Below, in pieces: positions 62,824-64,000 of a DNA stretch of 64,000 bases. Origin of the DNA: Octopus bimaculoides (Eukaryota). Numbering within the stretch: position 1 is the stretch's first letter; every line of letters starts with the position of its first letter. Under the pieces are notes generated by a model. That model worked only from the letters and a program-made list of their open reading frames with translations, was not told where the DNA came from and searched no databases. Both the position numbers and the translations under genes were made by a program. The DNA is taken from assembly GCF_001194135.2 (NCBI RefSeq), contig NC_068988.1:91346099-91410098 (forward strand). The letters are read 5' to 3'.

Positions 62824-63065
62824 AAGACAGACAGATGTACGTTTGAGTGTGTGCGCGTGTCTTTTTGTATGTGTTTGTATCCCACTACCGCTTCAGAGCC
62901 GGTGTTAGTGTGTTTACGCCCCCGTAACTTAGTTCTTCGGCGATACAGACCGACATAATAAGTACAAGGCTTAAAGAAATAAGTACCAGGGTCGTTCGAC
63001 TAAAATTCTTCAAAGCGGTGCCCCAGCATGGCTGAAATCTAACAACTGAAACAAGTAAAAAATGG
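62570..63065 (+). mobile_element. SINE family C copy with internal (TA)n(GA)n(GACA)n expansion
   Basis: ggttccgggatcagtcccactgcatgtcaccttggg...cccgtaacttag...gcggtgccccagcatggc..ctgaaacaagtaaaa. Confidence 0.85.
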
Positions 63066-63233
63066 AGAGGGCAGAAACATGTGTGGGAAAGACCAATGTT
63101 TAGAGCAAAGAACAAATTCTCAGTGAAAAATAAAACAAAATAGGTGCTGCATGGTTGGAATGGTCACACCTGCAGCAACTTTAATGTGGTTACTGCATGG
63201 ATAAGAAAGGGGAAGAATGCAGGCTACAGTGTA

Positions 63234-63446
63234 CGAGGGGCTGCTGAATAGTTCCTGGCTTTGGGTAAAAGAAAATACAGGAGGATCAGTTAATTATGAT
63301 TCTATTCAACATATTCCCCTCTCAGATTCATAGACCTATTGCAGCGGTCTTTCAGATTTTATAAGCCCCGTAAAAGAATTCGGAAGGTTGGGCCTCCAAC
63401 CAGGTCTTTCGGGAGACCCTTAAAGCCAGGAACTTACCTACCCTCG
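63234..63446. mobile_element. mariner-type MITE (213 bp) with TA TSDs
   Basis: TA-cgaggggctgctgaatagttcctggcttt ... aaagccaggaacttacctaccctcg-TA; no ORF. Confidence 0.82.
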
Positions 63447-63574
63447 TAGGTAAGAATTTTGCTTCTCAGCCACATGTTCGTTCTTGCAGCGCGACTACTC
63501 GGGCAAGTATTTCTACAACTATACTCGCCACCTCCAAAAACTTGTGAGTGAATTTGATAAACAGAAACTGAAAG

Positions 63575-63800
63575 AAGCTTATCGTGTATATATATGCGGC
63601 AGAAGATGTCTTTGTTGGTAATATTCCCGCCCCACTGCTTGACAATCGGTGTCGGTTTGCTTTCGTTCCCGTAACTTAGCAGTGCGGCGAAAAAAGGATC
63701 CGATAGCATGAGTACCAGGTTTAAACAATAAGTACTGAGTTCGATTTGTTCGGCTAAACCCTTCAGAGCGGTGCCCCAGCATCGTCGCAATTAAAAGATA
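63575..63800 (+). mobile_element. SINE family C, 3' two-thirds
   Basis: cttgtgagtgaatttgataaacagaaactgaaagaagc...gcttgacaatcggtgtcgg...cgtaacttagc...gcggtgccccagcatc. Confidence 0.82.
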
Positions 63801-64000
63801 AAATCCGAAAGATAATAGCAATAATGCTGCTCGGCACCGCTGCAGGGAGTGACTCAGAAGGTACAGATATCCTTATGCACTCCGGTCGACAGATGATGAA
63901 GGTAAGTGGCTAGCATTGCACTGCGGGATATTCTTTCCATCACCTGTCGAAGTGGAGATCATATATGTATGTGTGTGTATGTATGTACGTATGTATATAT

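Noticed and set aside
63845-63906. Candidate small exon ending in AAG/GTAAGT (GSDSEGTDILMHSGRQMMK)
   Set aside because: Weak acceptor, no recognisable protein similarity and no neighbouring exons.

Overview
AT-rich, microsatellite-saturated animal genomic DNA with about 18 N-gaps, most of them flanked by microsatellites as in a short-read assembly. The SINE families and repeat style point to an octopod cephalopod, probably Octopus (inference). I find no supportable host protein-coding exon. The supplied ORFs are microsatellite or N read-throughs, or decayed transposon frames. The window is a transposon graveyard: three to four tRNA-derived SINE families (about 30 copies); LINE remnants of the Tx1/L1, R4/Dong, HERO-like RLE, RTE-BovB and CR1 groups; Tc1/mariner and hAT remnants; piggyBac- and mariner-type MITEs; and one 5S rRNA-derived copy. 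The most interesting signal is not in the ORF track: several minimal type I hammerhead ribozyme motifs of the Penelope/retrozyme kind. Two of them lie in long fold-back hairpins whose loop holds the (decayed) catalytic core, and a third copy is nearly intact. Further long hairpins occur, including a 55-bp fold-back at an RTE 3' end. Protein-family calls come from my own translation and motif recognition, not database searches; edges of decayed elements are approximate.
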